A DNA stretch of 64,000 nt, taken from assembly GCF_006345805.1 (NCBI RefSeq), contig NC_042998.1:56048001-56112000 (forward strand). The letters are read 5' to 3'. How positions within the stretch are numbered: position 1 is the first letter of the stretch; every line of letters begins with the position of its first letter. Position numbers and translations under genes: made by a program. Shown one piece after another: positions 44,701 to 59,994 of the stretch. Below the pieces are notes generated by a model. That model had not been told where the DNA came from, searched no databases, and was given only the letters and a program-made list of their open reading frames with translations. Source of the stretch: Octopus sinensis. Taxonomy: Eukaryota.

Positions 44701-47700
44701 TATAGTAGTAGGTTCATGATTAAATAAAATAGACAATTTAAAATAACATCTTGGTTAAGTAAAATGTCTAAGATTTTTTTGAAAAGTTGCTTTTTTCATA
44801 TGCCCACAACCACTATGGCAGTTTCTGTAAATATTCATACAAACAGGTGGTAACATATATGTAAATATATTATGAATAAAGATACGATAAGGAATGTATA
44901 TCACTTCCAATTCTTAGCTAAATGGTTTATATCAAGAAAGTATCCATTTTTAAACACTTAGTCAAACATTAAAATTGCAAATCCATTAAATTCATATTAG
45001 TAAGAAAAGAAAATGTTTAAAAATTTGCCATTAGTTGTAAACTTTTAACTCATCTCACATAAACATGCTGCAGGACTCTTATCTTCTGAACTTCATGGCA
45101 CTTGAATTCAGCAGACTATCTCTGGCAGTTACTATGCTTCACTCCTATGCCACCCGATATAGCTAAGCTGAAAACTGAAATCTCTGTCTTATATGTCCAT
45201 TTATATCCCTCAAAACCAAAGCCACAATTCCAAATCTTGTGAGTGATTCACACATAGCCACAGTGCTGGAAAAGAGCATGGCTTATAGCATCTTAAGTGA
45301 GTGTGCTATAAGGGGTTTATAGCTCCTAATGGCACACTCACTTTCAGTGCATGGACGACTATTTTATGTACCACTGCAACTCCTGTGAGACTTCTATCCA
45401 AAAAGTAAATGTACTTTTTTGCATCATATAACCTGCAAGTTCTCGCACTTTTCAAACTACAGCCAGACCAACCGCTCCCTTACTAAGATCTCTACTAACT
45501 TAGCAGAATCCTCCTATTCAACATTTCCCAACCAAGATGGCTCTATATGCAGTACTGCTATGTAGACAGTTTCCACATTTGCTACCTGATTTGCAGCTAT
45601 CTCCACAATACATTTCTTGTTCATTCCACAAATCTCACCATCATAAATGCACTTTTCAAACCAACATGGCTACTGATTCCAAAAATACTTCTTTTGTTAT
45701 TCTTCCTTCAACAGATTATAAAATATCCTGAAATAATAATAATTTACCAATTGATCCCTATAATGATATACATCTATCATGATCATTTATAGACAAAATT
45801 CCTTTCATTATTTTTTGTCTTTTATTTACACTTATCTGGCTTTATAAGAGTGCAATCAATACCAAAATGTCATCTTATTCAAAAGCGATTTTTTCATAGT
45901 GTGAATTTTTTATATACCATACTATAGTACTATTTTAAGGAAAATTCTGCAAACTGTACCTAAAATCACATTGAAAGTTAAATTGATTTAAAGTCATTCA
46001 AATTAATTTAAGATAAGCAATGTACTGTTTTAAGTTTTCAAATTTTTTAGGGACAGATACTTAGATACAAAATGGATAATACAAAACCACTGCTTTGGCT
46101 TTAAGAATTTCAAAAATTTAAACATGCATGCATTCAAAAAATTAAACATACATGCGCCCATTCCCTTTTCTTTCCAATACCACCCACATGCTCCCATTCC
46201 TTTTTCTTTCCAATACCAACCTCCTCACTGGAGTCACCCAAATAACCAGCACTTCTGCTATATTAATTTACTATGCAATATGCTCCTTTCGTAATTCCCT
46301 ATAGACTAAACATTTGTCTTGATAATGATTCTTTTACTGCATGCTATTTCTCTTCTGCAAATCACTCCACCAAATATCTCTACATGTTCGGTATCACTCG
46401 ATGCAGAAGTTCCCTAAACTCTCCTCAACAATGTGAACATGAACTTATTTTCAGTTTTCAAATATTCACTCTTTTTGTTTAACACCACATGCTTTAAACA
46501 TTTGGCTTTAAACCTGAAATTTTACCAGTTTTTTATCATCTTATAGACACTTCACCAAACTCTCCAGACCTTTTATCAGTGGCATGTAATCATTACTAGT
46601 TTTTGTTTTTTGAGGATTTTTTTACTTTTCTTCCCTCCATGGTATTCATATATTCTCTTTCCTTTTCTCTCTTTTCCAAATTTTAGCTTAACACTTGCCT
46701 CCTCATTAAAAGATATTTCACACTACTACATAATCTTGTTATACACTTGCACATACATCAATAACAGCTTATATATTGTTTTTGCCATCCCATTTGCTTC
46801 ACAAATATATTTTTCCTTACATGATTTTATGCCACCCACCTAATGATTATACACACACACGAAACACTCTACATGTGCACTATGCTTCCACACTTTGCAT
46901 ACCTCTATACACATACACAACACTAATACATACTTATATTTGCATTTACACAGCAACTCAGATAGCTGGTCCCTCTGTTGGGTCGACATTCGGCAGACTC
47001 TCTTTCTCCCATTCATTTTCTTTATTGAGCAACCTTTCATAGTGGCGTCTCCAAACCTCTCTCTTTGCAGCCTTGTTTAGTGCAAGTGAACCATCATCCA
47101 TGCAGACACATTTCTCTCCTATGACATCACGATTCTCTCTCACACACTGTCTTGCAACACGAAATACCTCAAGTCTTTGGTCCTCACGGCGCAGAACATT
47201 GGCAAATTTTTTCTTATCTGCTTCCCCTCTGGCTAAATAGACCTGTCTCCTAGCTTCCCTTCTGGCAGTCTGATACAATTCCCTGCTACGACTGTCCCTC
47301 CAAGCCTGTTTCTTTTCTCTAATAGCCCTGTCAACAAAATTGTTCCACAACCACATTATTTTGGATCGAGAGGGGACTTTGCACCATCCACAGATCTGGT
47401 CAGTGGCCCTCAGCAGGTTGTCCCATAAAACCTCCAGTTGTCTTCTACATCATGTGAAGCTATATTCCCTTCTATTTCGTCAAAGGCTTCGAGTAATATA
47501 TCTCTAAATCTCTCTCCATTCACAGGGTCTTTAAGCTTCCACACCCTTCTCCTCCATGCTCGTCATCTTCTGGGCATCCACTTAGCCCTGATCCTGAAGT
47601 CACTGAGTACCAGTCTATGCTGTGGGGTACATTCTTCACCTGGGAAGGGTTTGGCATTTATAAGCAGCCATCTTTCCCTTTTCTGGTGAGGATGTAGTCA

Positions 47701-48956
47701 ATTTGGCTAGTGTGTCTGCCAGAACAGTAGGTGACTAGGCGACTGGCAGGTTTTCTGAAGTTAGTATTGCAAACCATAAGATCATTTGCATCACAGAACT
47801 CCAGCAGCCTGGTTCCCTCCTCATTGCGGGAACCAAAACCATAGCTTCCATGTACACCATGGAAGGCCCCTGTATGTTGTCCAACATGACCATTGAAGTC
47901 ACCAGCCACAAAGAGATGGTCCCTGTCATTCACCAATGAGGTAGTCTGCAAGAGGGTGTCATAGAATCGGTCTTTAACCCTTAACACAAAAACCCCCTAA
48001 TATAAACCCCTAACTCCAACTTCCACTCATAAATAATTTAATATTCAACTAGCTCTTCCTTTCTCGACTACCTATACACACACAGCCCCATTGCTAAAAA
48101 TAACTCTACAGCCACTGACCTTAGCCAGGATGGACACAAGCAATTACTACCAAACTTCCTCCCCCAACAACTTTAGACTTTCTTTAAATTCCTTTCATTT
48201 CACTCTATTTTTTTACCCTGTCTTCCTCTACCTCCTCATCCTCTCTCTTATCTTCGCGGCTACCCCATACACAATTCTTAGACACCATACACATATACGC
48301 ATTACTTTATCATATAGCCAATCCTTAAAATCCCCCCTATCTCACTCTATCCACCCCTCTTTCTATTTTTTTAAAATTTCTCTACTTTTACCAATTAACA
48401 GCCACCTCTGCTACCATTCTGTTATTGAACGTTGATATGTTCGCGTCTTTCTTTTGGGATGTCTACTATATAAGGACTTTAACCCACATGGATATACACA
48501 GAATTACACCAAAGGACTCATGCTTTGGTTTCTATAACTTTAGAAAGTTGAACTACAAACTTTTATGCCTTTTTTCTTCTTTCTTTCCATCTCCTTATTC
48601 TCTTACTCCCTTCCTCTATGTTATCATCTTATTGATATATACCATTCTCATTTTCCATACTTTTTCCCCAATTTGTCTCTGATGACAAATATTCAATACT
48701 CAAGGATATCCCAGAAACAGCTGTAAGATTTTTTTATTTCTTCCTGTAATAATATCATATATGACTTGAGATGTTTGCCTTGCCTTAATGTTTGATATCC
48801 TGTTTAACAATTATCTATCCACTGCATTAGAAATCTGCAATGGCTCCATAACTACCGTCTCAGTTATAACCTTGGAGTCCCAGTGGTCCACTTACTAGTG
48901 TAGCTAATCATTTAGCTCACCTGTGAACTAAAACCTCATACTTTGTATATATATAT

Positions 48957-48992
<36 letters not shown>

Positions 48993-50044
48993 GCTAATCC
49001 AAACATGAAAGCACAAAGAGAAAACACAACAATGTGAGGACGTGGAACAAGTATAGTGTTATTGGATGCTCAGGAAAGGAAAGAAAGAAGGAGGATTTAA
49101 CGTTTCGAGCAGAGCTCTTTGTCAGAAACATAGAAAAAGAAAAGGTCCAAGGAATGGAAGACGGAGAAAGAAAATCGCCAACGATACACACACGGTCACA
49201 TATATATATGTGTGTGTGTGTATGTGTGAAGATGTACCCAAAAGTAACCAGGAACATTCTCTATGGGAAAAGCCCATTGTAGTTCCGGTTTCCGCCACTA
49301 GAAGTCACTTGATGCAACCCTCAGGCATCAGTCTGACAACCAGCGTTGTGCGCTGAGGTCATACTGCTATGTGCTGTGTCTTTGTTTTGCAGTGCTTCTC
49401 CAACCATTGGTTTGCCGTGTCTCCGAAACATGTACTGAGAGTGATAAAGATCAAACATCCAGTCAACATCATGGTGTTTGGAGTGATCACTAGTAATGGT
49501 GACGTTATATCTCCATTCATCTTCCCACACGGCCTTGGACTCAATACAGAGGAATACATCAAGTGCCTGGATGAGGTAGTGCTGCCCTGGGTCAAGAGGG
49601 TGGCCTCTGGAAGACCCTATATCTGGCAACAGGTCTCCACACCATGCCACGCAAGCAGGAAAACCAGTCATGGCTGTCGGACAATTTCTGCAACAACAAC
49701 GCCCTTAAAATCTGGCCACATAACTCCACAGACTGCAACCCTCTTGATTATTATGTATGTAACACCAAAGATGAACTGAAGGCAAGGATTATGGCAGAAT
49801 TCAACAACTTAAATGAGAAGACCATCCAGAAGAGTTGTAGGAGATTCCAAAATTGTTTGGAGGCTATAGTTGAAGCCAATGGTGATTTTATTGAATAAAT
49901 TTACTCTTTAATATTTCAAGATACTTTTATGTAATTTTGGTAAATACATCTTTTAAAATGAGGTGTCAGTATTATTTTCATTTTTGCATAATTTAGATGG
50001 CAATTTATTCACTGCACCCTGTGTGTGTGTGTGTATGTGTATAT

Positions 50045-50094
<50 letters not shown>

Positions 50095-50162
50095 TGTATG
50101 TATTATATACCCTGACTACCTATATATATATATATGTATATATATATATGTGTGTGTATGTG

Positions 50163-50193
<31 letters not shown>

Positions 50194-53100
50194 GCATGTG
50201 TATTATGTGGATGATATTTTCAATCAAGATAGTATAACCGTATCTGATTCTTCAAGTACATCAATTCTGTGAATGTACATTTATTCACTAGATTCCTGAC
50301 ATTTAGCAATTGTTACTTCCATTGTGTTAACGCACCATTTTCTATCATTAATAAAACTGTTGACGTCTTTGACAATATCGGTATGCTATTATATGTATAA
50401 TATACATACTTTTGGTGTATAGAATACTACCAGATTTTGACATTAAGTTTTTGAATGAAAATTATTTCTTGTACACTAAAAAATGCAGTGTGTGCACGTG
50501 TACACACACACACACACAATATATACTTACATGCATATATACATACATGCAGATATATATATATCATCATCATCATCGTTAACGTCCGTTTTAATCATGC
50601 TGGCATGAGTTGGGTTGTTCAACTGGTGTCTGGGAAGCCAGGAGGCTGCACCAGGCTCCAATCTGATCTGGCAGTGTTTCTACAGCTGGATGCCCTTCCT
50701 AATGCCAACTATTCCAACTACAATTTCCATTTGATTGTGGTTTGATTTGATTTTGATGTTAATGATGATGATGTACTTGATCCAAAGGTATTTTATGAGT
50801 GGGCTGGTTATGCAACACTGGTGTAGGCTACAGTTGTGATCTCACTTTATTTGCCAGGTCTTCTCAATCACAGCATATCTCTAGAGGTGCAGTAAATGTA
50901 TTCAATAATATTTATTACACTAGAACTGCTTTTACTTCATATATATGTAACATTTATGACTGGATACAGACTTTATTTTATATACACATGAATTTTGAGT
51001 TCATCCACTATATATCAATTGGGTAAATGTCTTCCGTTACAGCCTCAGACTGACCAATGCCTTATAAGTGGAATTTTAACAGAAATTCTATGGAAGTCAT
51101 TCATAAGAGAGTGTGTGTGTGCATGAATGTTTAAATTCCGTGTCTCAGGATGAAATCATTTGAGCAAAATTATGATGCAATGCTTTACATTCTTGTAAAC
51201 AATGCATCCAGAATCTCTGCATGTTTAAAGAATAGTGGAGTAAAATATTACTTACTTGAAAAGACTTGCTGGATAAGACTTGCAGCAGGAAGGGTATCCA
51301 GCTATAAAGATAATTACCTAATCCATTGCCAGCACAAAGAATGCTATTAGTTACAAAAAGCTACCTTGCATGAAAGAAATACTTAACCCTAAAAGTAAGT
51401 TATCTCTTGAACACTTGAAAATAAGTCTGCTTTGAACAGATGTATGGTGTAACTTTCAAAGACCATAAAGTACTTTTTGAGCTATTTGGACCTAAAACCA
51501 TCTCAGATCATTGTCGTATGCCTGGTCTAGAGATGCCCTTGGTCTTCTCAATTATTAATGTAATATTCTACATACTTGGTCACTTTTCTGATTCTTTGAT
51601 ACTGAATTTGAACTTGCATGTCTCCTTTGGTTTTGGTTGGGTAATACACTTCTATCATTTATGTAGACACACAGGCCTCTTCCTAAGTACTTGCTGGAAA
51701 CTGTTCTTATATCAATATGATCATATTTATTAGTCATCTTATGTTCTTTAGCAGTATATTTTGAAGGATGACATTGTAAAATATATCTTGAAGCTTCTTT
51801 CTTCTTAGATCATTTACATTGCTTCTATTTTATTCTAATTTTCATTTTGTTCATAATTGAGTGGTAATATGGTTTCAGTTAAATTTAAGCCAAGCATGCC
51901 ATATTTATAACTGTGTTATCTATATTCTCAAATATCTTAGTTTATTTTAGATATGGTTTAATAGTATCACCCCAAAGATTATATGTGTAAACTTGTGTTC
52001 TGTCTAATAAAACAATTTTGGTATTAGGCTTCATTTGTGATATGTTTATCTTGTTTCTTAGCAATGTGTTTGCCAAAAATCAACATTTACAAAGTTATCT
52101 TTAGTCTGATTTCAACTCTGTGTTAATGTCTCCATAGATTCATCAAAACAGTTTTAATTTGCAAACTGGAATTGATAATCGAAATCAACATTTCAATGCT
52201 TAATTTGTGGAAAAAATCTAAATCTTATTTAGGCCTAAAAATCCAGTTTTATTATGCCTCTCTTTGAAAAAAATTATAAATAAATTTTCTTATACTTCTG
52301 CTCAAATCATATTTCTGTTGCGTACTTATACTTTGATTCATGAAAAAAAATTCTTAAACTTCATGCAGATCAACTGTTTATCTATAAACCTTCACTAAAC
52401 AAACTGCTGTTTTCTGATTTGTATTCTATTACTTTTCACTTATGAAGTTGAGTCTCATAATTTTTTTTATAAGAATCTTGCTTATTCACCAAAAAATACT
52501 TTAAAATGCAAGGTGTTATAATTATATGGGGATTTTTATTTTACTTAGAATCCTTTGAATTCAATATCATTAAATGGTATACTTATTTTTAAATATTGTT
52601 CTTGTTATTTTAATACATTCAGAAAAGCTTATTTTACAATCTAATTTAGAACTCAGTAACAGTAGTCTCTCTTCGTGGCAAGGTGACTATAAATATTGGT
52701 CTATTTTAGTGGCAAGATAACTATAAAATACCCTTTGTTACAGTACAAAAAAATCATTGATAATTTCTTAATTCAGGTCCTTTCATTAATTCAGTATTTA
52801 AGAATTCAATTATTGCTTTAAAATTGCAACTGTAAAAAGATTATGATAATTTTCATAAAATATTTTCCTTTTTTTTTCTTTTGGATAAAACTAATATTAA
52901 TCCCTTTACATTTAAAAATACACTAAAGGAAGTTATTGTGAATATTAATACTATTACTTATTAACTTGATTTTTATTATTCTCTTTACGCTTTACCCAGA
53001 TTCTAAAATTTAGTGAGATAACAAATAATTAATATAGAAAAATAATCGCTTATAAAATTAGACTAACACAAACAAAACTCTGTAACTCCCCCTTTTTCTT

Positions 53101-56100
53101 ATTAACAGGTAATCAAATTTCTACAGGATGACCAGCTGTTGCCTTGCCACAGGTATGAATCTTAGTACTAGAGATAAGTGTATAGTAACAACTAAGATGA
53201 ATTCTAAGTTGACCCTGGTGTACCTCAAATTTTACGGAAATATGAAATGTTAGGAGTATGTTCAATACATTACATCCGCTGTTCTTTGAGATTAATATAA
53301 ACTTATATAGACTGGGAAGATGTTTATACAGTTAAAAAATACTAATTGAAATGAAATATGTAACAACCGAAATTCTTGCAAGAATATGTTCAATCTTAAT
53401 TTACAGTATTTTATAAAACAGAAATTATGATTTTTTTTTTTTCAATTACAAGAATTTGTCATAGATTATTTAATATTTGCATATGACTCTGAAATCTTGG
53501 CATCTTACACATTCATTACCCAATTCAAATTTGCTTTTGCTTTTAGTTTTATTTATTTTTAGTTTTGCTCACTTTTATTGCAATATTGATGACAGAACAT
53601 TTTACTTTATATTTAGTTTATTGTTGGATGTTTTATGTCTTTATCTGACTGTTTCCATCACTTGACTTATAATTTTTAAACCATTCCAGTTTTGCCACAT
53701 CAGAATTTATTTCTCATTTAAATAATTGCATGTGTAACTATTTTAAAGAGAAAACAGGCACTTTTACCAATTATCACATAGATCTTTTCTCAACACTAAA
53801 CTGAAATACTTAAAAAATCTTGATTTGAGAGATCATTGAGTTTTGAGAGATAACAGCATATCTTATCCAAAATATGTTCATTACATGCAATTTGCAAATT
53901 TAATTACATGCAAAAAAATATAAAATTCAATTACTTGCATAAACTAATCATCAGTTATTAATAGCTACATCCAATTTCAGTTAAAAATAAACTATAAAAA
54001 AAACATTGTTTTACAAAACATTTTCATCACCATCGTTTTTGTCATCATTTTACAGTCATTTGTCCATGCAGGCATATAGATTCAAAGGTTTGTCACTTAG
54101 TGTCGTCTGCATGCTTTTGTGTGTGCACACATATACACAAAGCAACACTTATGTCTTACTGTGTGAACTTAATGCATTTCATTGTACCACCAGAACTAGA
54201 GAAATTGTCCCATATGGGGGAAATAAAGAGTTTCTTCTAGTTTATCAGCTCCTGCTCAGAGTTACTACCTGCCTAGATATGCAACCTGCAATATGACTTT
54301 CAGAATCCATATTGTGCTCGTATATTCCACTTTGGCACAGTTTCCACAACGGAGATCTTCTCTCACCAATCACTTTGTGCAGTACTTTTGATGCATTTTA
54401 TTATTATGTGTAGGCACTAAAGATATCATCCTTGTAATGAGTTCTATTTGGAGTTATTGCTCTCCTTGACAGGTATCCTACAATACCACTTATGTCAATA
54501 TCTTGCTTCTATGTTCCATTTTTCAGGTATAGTTACTATAACTGGATGCCCTACATATTACTAATTACTTTACAATGTGTTAGATTCTCCCTTGAAGGAG
54601 GATTAAAACACACTCTTTCTCCTACATCAGTTCTTATTTGGAGTTGTTTTTCAACTATTATCTTCTTAAACAAGTAGCCTGTGATGCAACTTGAAAAGCC
54701 TTGTGTGTGTATGTGTGTGTGTGTGTGTGAGTGCATGTGAGTGTGTGTAAGCATGATGTAAACAGTTCAACTCAGTTCTACTGCAACATTACTTAAATTT
54801 TTGGTGTAAATTTCATCATCATCATCACACATCAGCTCTCTTCTATGCTAGCATGGGTTTGACAGCATCGAACATCTCACCACCCCTACCATGGTCTTTT
54901 GCCACACCATTTACCACAGTTCTTCAACCAGTAGCACATCCTACTAAGGAAAAGTCAACCAACTCTTTTGTTGTGTATATTGTTTTTATAGGTTCCTTGT
55001 AGGATTATATGGCTGGACTGTGTTTCTATCACCAACTACATTATAGCATGGACTGGGTACATTGTGGAGATGAAGCCACATGCAAAAGGTCTAAAGAGCT
55101 CCCTCTCCCTTACACTGTCTACATTTTTACCTTCCTTTTTTGTGTGGATTGGAGGGAGAGTTAAGCAAATAAGTGGTCAGTATCAATAAACATAGAAGGT
55201 GGGGAGTTTAGGCAATCAGGATCAGTGGAGTTCCATTGACCAATAAGTGCTTTTGTCATTGGCTGCAAAACGATTCATATTTAATGTTAAATTGTCCTTC
55301 TTAGAAACAATATTATTTAGAATACATATATAATACATATACATATATAATTCATAAACAGGATTTATTCACTTTACAACTGTCTACACACAAAGAGTTT
55401 CTTGACTTTGATTTTGTATGTTTAAAAGAGAAATGGCCAACATAAATGACATGTTGGCCATATTTTAAATTAAATCAAATTTAAAATTGGGTCAGATTTA
55501 AAACTAAATCGTTCTTCTTAGAAACATAGTAATAAAAAGTGGGAATAGTACATAGTTAATAATAAATGAATAAATATGGAATCTTAGTTTTATTGCATCA
55601 GAGGTATCCTCTGCTAGCATCAGAGGTATCCTCTGCTAACATCAGAGGTATCCACTGAAGCTTTCTCAACTTATGTGTTTCAATGAAAAAAGACCTGCAT
55701 TATGTGTAGAAAAGTAGAGTTACTGTAAATGTTCTTTCTGTTTACCAATACCAAATTTTGTATATGAAGTGCTTTTATTCTTTTGCTTAAATTGTCTACA
55801 AAAGTTATATTGATAAAGAAATTGTCTCAAATTTAATATTGTTTGTAAATGTACAAGGATTATTATATGCTATTTATGATGTTCACACTAAATATGTTTA
55901 GAAAAATTGTATTAAAAACTTTTTTTTTTAAAAATTCGTAATGAATATGAAGAGAAAGATACAAGGAAAATTGAATGAAATGTCTTTCATTCTAAATTGT
56001 GAAGACAATAAACATCCTTAACATCTTCGCTCGTGTAAACTGAGTGAAAGCTACAAAACAAAAGACACTTGCACACATACACCTACATACACAAATGAGT

Positions 56101-58142
56101 GTATACAAAACTATTACTTATATAATGATACCAGGTAATTTTAAAGCAATTAAATGAGTAGTGTCTTTCAGGCTTTTCTAAAATCATTAGCAACACTGAA
56201 AATTAAAACTGGGTTAGGTCTTACCTTACCAAGGACTGCCTGGCCTACAGTATATGAACATGCATAAAAGCATGTATATATTATGTCATATTATCAAATG
56301 TACTTTTTTACAGTGATATAACATAACAAAAAATAACCTCTGTAATTGTTATCAGTGACTTAAAAATTGTCTAATACTGCTACATCTACATTGTACATAT
56401 TATTCTACATTTATAGGGACCGCCAGGCTTGAAGGGAGAACCAGGTGAACAAGGATTAAGAGGAATAGCTGGACCAATTGGCCCTCCTGGATTACCTGGA
56501 CCCCCTGTAAGTAAAATCATTGTTAGACTTGCATATCTTTTTTTTTATTATTGCAGAAGGCAGTAAATTTTGAGAGAGAGAGATTATAATTCTTCATTAA
56601 ACTGATGCCAATACATTATTGGTACTTTATTAAGCCCAGGGATAAGGGAATTAATCAACTCTAGGATTTAATCTCAGAATATAAAAGGATGTAGAGATGC
56701 TAGTCAAGATATTTTGTCTGGTATGCTATGATTTCTGCCAAATTTAACAAGTTTTATATGGTCAACAAAAACAGAATGTGTCCTTTTTTTGAACATTTAT
56801 GTTTGTGTGAGAGGAGAAGGGGTGCATTTAGTATAGTGTGATACATGATCAGTTTCTACTGTTGTTTGCATTTCCCCTGTAAAGAATGTATGAAAAAGAA
56901 TTATGTATTACCGTAAATTCTCAAGTATAATCCGCATTTTTTTCCCAAAATTTAAAGGTCAAAATCCCTAGTGCATATTATATACGAGGTTAAAAATGAA
57001 AAATATTTTCTAAGCAATGTCCGAGTCTATATTTGCTGTTCAGCAATATTTATTCAGACACATTTTGTGATGTCGGGTGTGAAAATACCTTAAGCTAAGC
57101 TTGAAAGCAATGAAGTCATAAAAAAATCATCCATAACTTGCAGTAAGCAACATTTATTAAAATAAAATTATTCAGAACACAGAATAACATATAACAAATA
57201 CAATTTGCAAACATATTTACATTCCCATTGTATTACACATGCACAGAAGTGTTTGTTCGACTAGGTGCTGCTGGCTTAATTATGCATGACTCAGTCTATA
57301 CTCGAGGATTTACGGTATTTTGTTATTAAACTTAAATCTTGAAAGATTTAAATTAAAATATTACAAACAAATAATGTTTCTCTCATATACACATCCACAC
57401 ACAAATATCTCTGTCAATAAGTTTTCTATTTACATCTTAAAGCTTGCATTAGGCAGTGTTGAGGTTTGTTCTTTTACCTACTATTTGAGTAATGCTTCTT
57501 TCTGTCTCAAATATATATATTGTAAATAATTATATATTGTTTACTGATTATGTATGTATTTTGATTTTATTTATTTTATTGCATGATTCATTTTAAAAAT
57601 GAAATTTGTTGTAATGGTTTCGTCTGATATCCTATATTTTACCTGACAAAATTTACTATACCAATGTTTGTTTTAATTGATTGAATTTAGTATTGTCATC
57701 GTTGATTTTTAATTCTGAATTATCCATTTTGTAAATAAAATTATATTTCTTTTAAGCTTGATCAATTTATCAGTGTTCTCTCTTATGCAGTAGTCAGACA
57801 TTTTTTCTTTTTTCTTTTTTACAGTTGAATCATGCCAGAATAACAACTGCGAAGGTAGGAGTTGAGGGATAAATTTGGGGAAATACAAATACAATTTTAA
57901 AAGAAAATGCATTATCAAAAGCTATTTTCAAAATCAAAAGGCACTAAGACAGCTTCATAATTTCAATGAATGATACTTATTCCTAAGTTATGCATATGTC
58001 AAACAACATGAAGTAAAAATTATAATAGACTTATCAATTTGGCTCAGAGCCATATACATATATATATATATATATATATGTGTATATATATGTATATATA
58101 TATATGTATATATATATATATGTATATATATATATGTATATA

Positions 58143-58224
<82 letters not shown>

Positions 58225-59963
58225 AATATATACATGAGAGTATCTATCTATCTATCTATATGGGGAATTTCAACTGTGTTTTGTGGTCTGCTACCACAAC
58301 AGCTCCTTTATAGGATCTAGTTAGCTCAAGACATCATCAGGAGGAACTACGTCCGGTTTCGGCCCCTACTCTTCTACCGTTTTGATGTGGCGCCCCCCCC
58401 CCTTTCAGAGGTGTCTTCAGCTCTGGTGTTGGGTGCATGTCTTCTTTCTTCTGTTCCCTGGCCTCTTCGATGTAGTGTCAACAAGTGTCAGTGGGATACA
58501 GAATGAGAAAAAAAATCCAAGGCTGTGAATAGTTTTCAGAACATTTATAAAGAGATGGTCTTACAGCTGTTTCCAGGATATTTTATATATCCCTTCATCA
58601 GAGATGGTGTAAGAAAATGTTTAAGTAATAGTTAATATAGAGAAGATATGAAATACAGTGTGAAGTAGAGGAATAAAAACAGATGTGAGATACGTAAAGA
58701 TATTGTATCTGCAGTTCCATTATTTAAGCAGAATGGTGTATATATAAGTTTCTTATACATATATATATACATCTCTCTATATATATATGTATATGGAATC
58801 TGACATCCTAGAGGAGAGATGAAATTTGGAGTGAACTCAAGGACCTGCAAGGCAAATGTTGGCATGGGAAAGATGTACAAACTGCCGGTTTGTTCACCTG
58901 AGATCCTGCCAAAACTTCAGGGTCCTTAAGGAGAAATACTTCCTTAAGGAAAGGCACCGATTGCTTCCAAAGAAAAAGTATACAAATGCAGTACACACCT
59001 CAGATGTTATGCACAAGGCAGCAGCTAAACATTATTATTACATTATTACTACACAAGGCAGCGGCTAAACATTATTACTAACTACACTTCTTAAATTTGA
59101 ATCTCTTCATCCATACATTTCTATACATACATACTTTTTTGAATGCCCATTACTCCGATTATTCTACATTTTTACGGTTACACTTTCTCCATGACCGTAT
59201 ATAAATTTGTTTTTCCATAACATATTTGTAGTGGCTTCTGCCACTGGATTTGGTTAAAAAGAGACGCTGAGCAATGGCTAGAAGAATATTCAGTAAAGCC
59301 TAATAACCAGTTGATCTAGCAGGTGGGGCTTCATTTCAGTGAGTGGGGCCAGTGTGCAATGATGCCATCAATAGGAAAGCCCTGAAACTGCATGCATACT
59401 CTCCTGATGACCCCATAAACTTGTTAGCATCCAGTATGCAGAGCTTTCAAGTGGTAGTACTTGCATCTGCAAGTTGTTTGCAACAAATAAATAAATATAG
59501 GTGTGGCTGTGTGATAAGTAGTGTGCTTACCAACCACATGGCTCAGGGTTCAATCCCAGTGTGTAGCGCTTTGGCCAAGTGTCTTCTACTATAGCCTCGG
59601 GTTGACCAAAATCTTGTAAGTGAATTTGGTAGACGGAAACTAAAAGAAGCCCATCATTTATATGTGTGTGCGTGTGTATATGTTTGTGTGTCTGTGTTTG
59701 TCCCCCCTACCACTACCACCATCGCTTGACATCCGATGTTGGTGTGTTTACGTCTCTGTAAATTAGCGGTTCGACAAAAGAGACCCATAGAATATGTTCT
59801 AGGCTTACAAAGAATAAGTTCTGGGATTTATTTGTTTGACTAAAAGCGGTACTCCAGCATGGCCACAGTCAAATGACTGAAACAAATAAAAGAATAAAAG
59901 AATGTATATATATATACACACACACAGAATGCTCAACACCACATTGTTGTATGCATACACACA

Positions 59964-59994
<31 letters not shown>

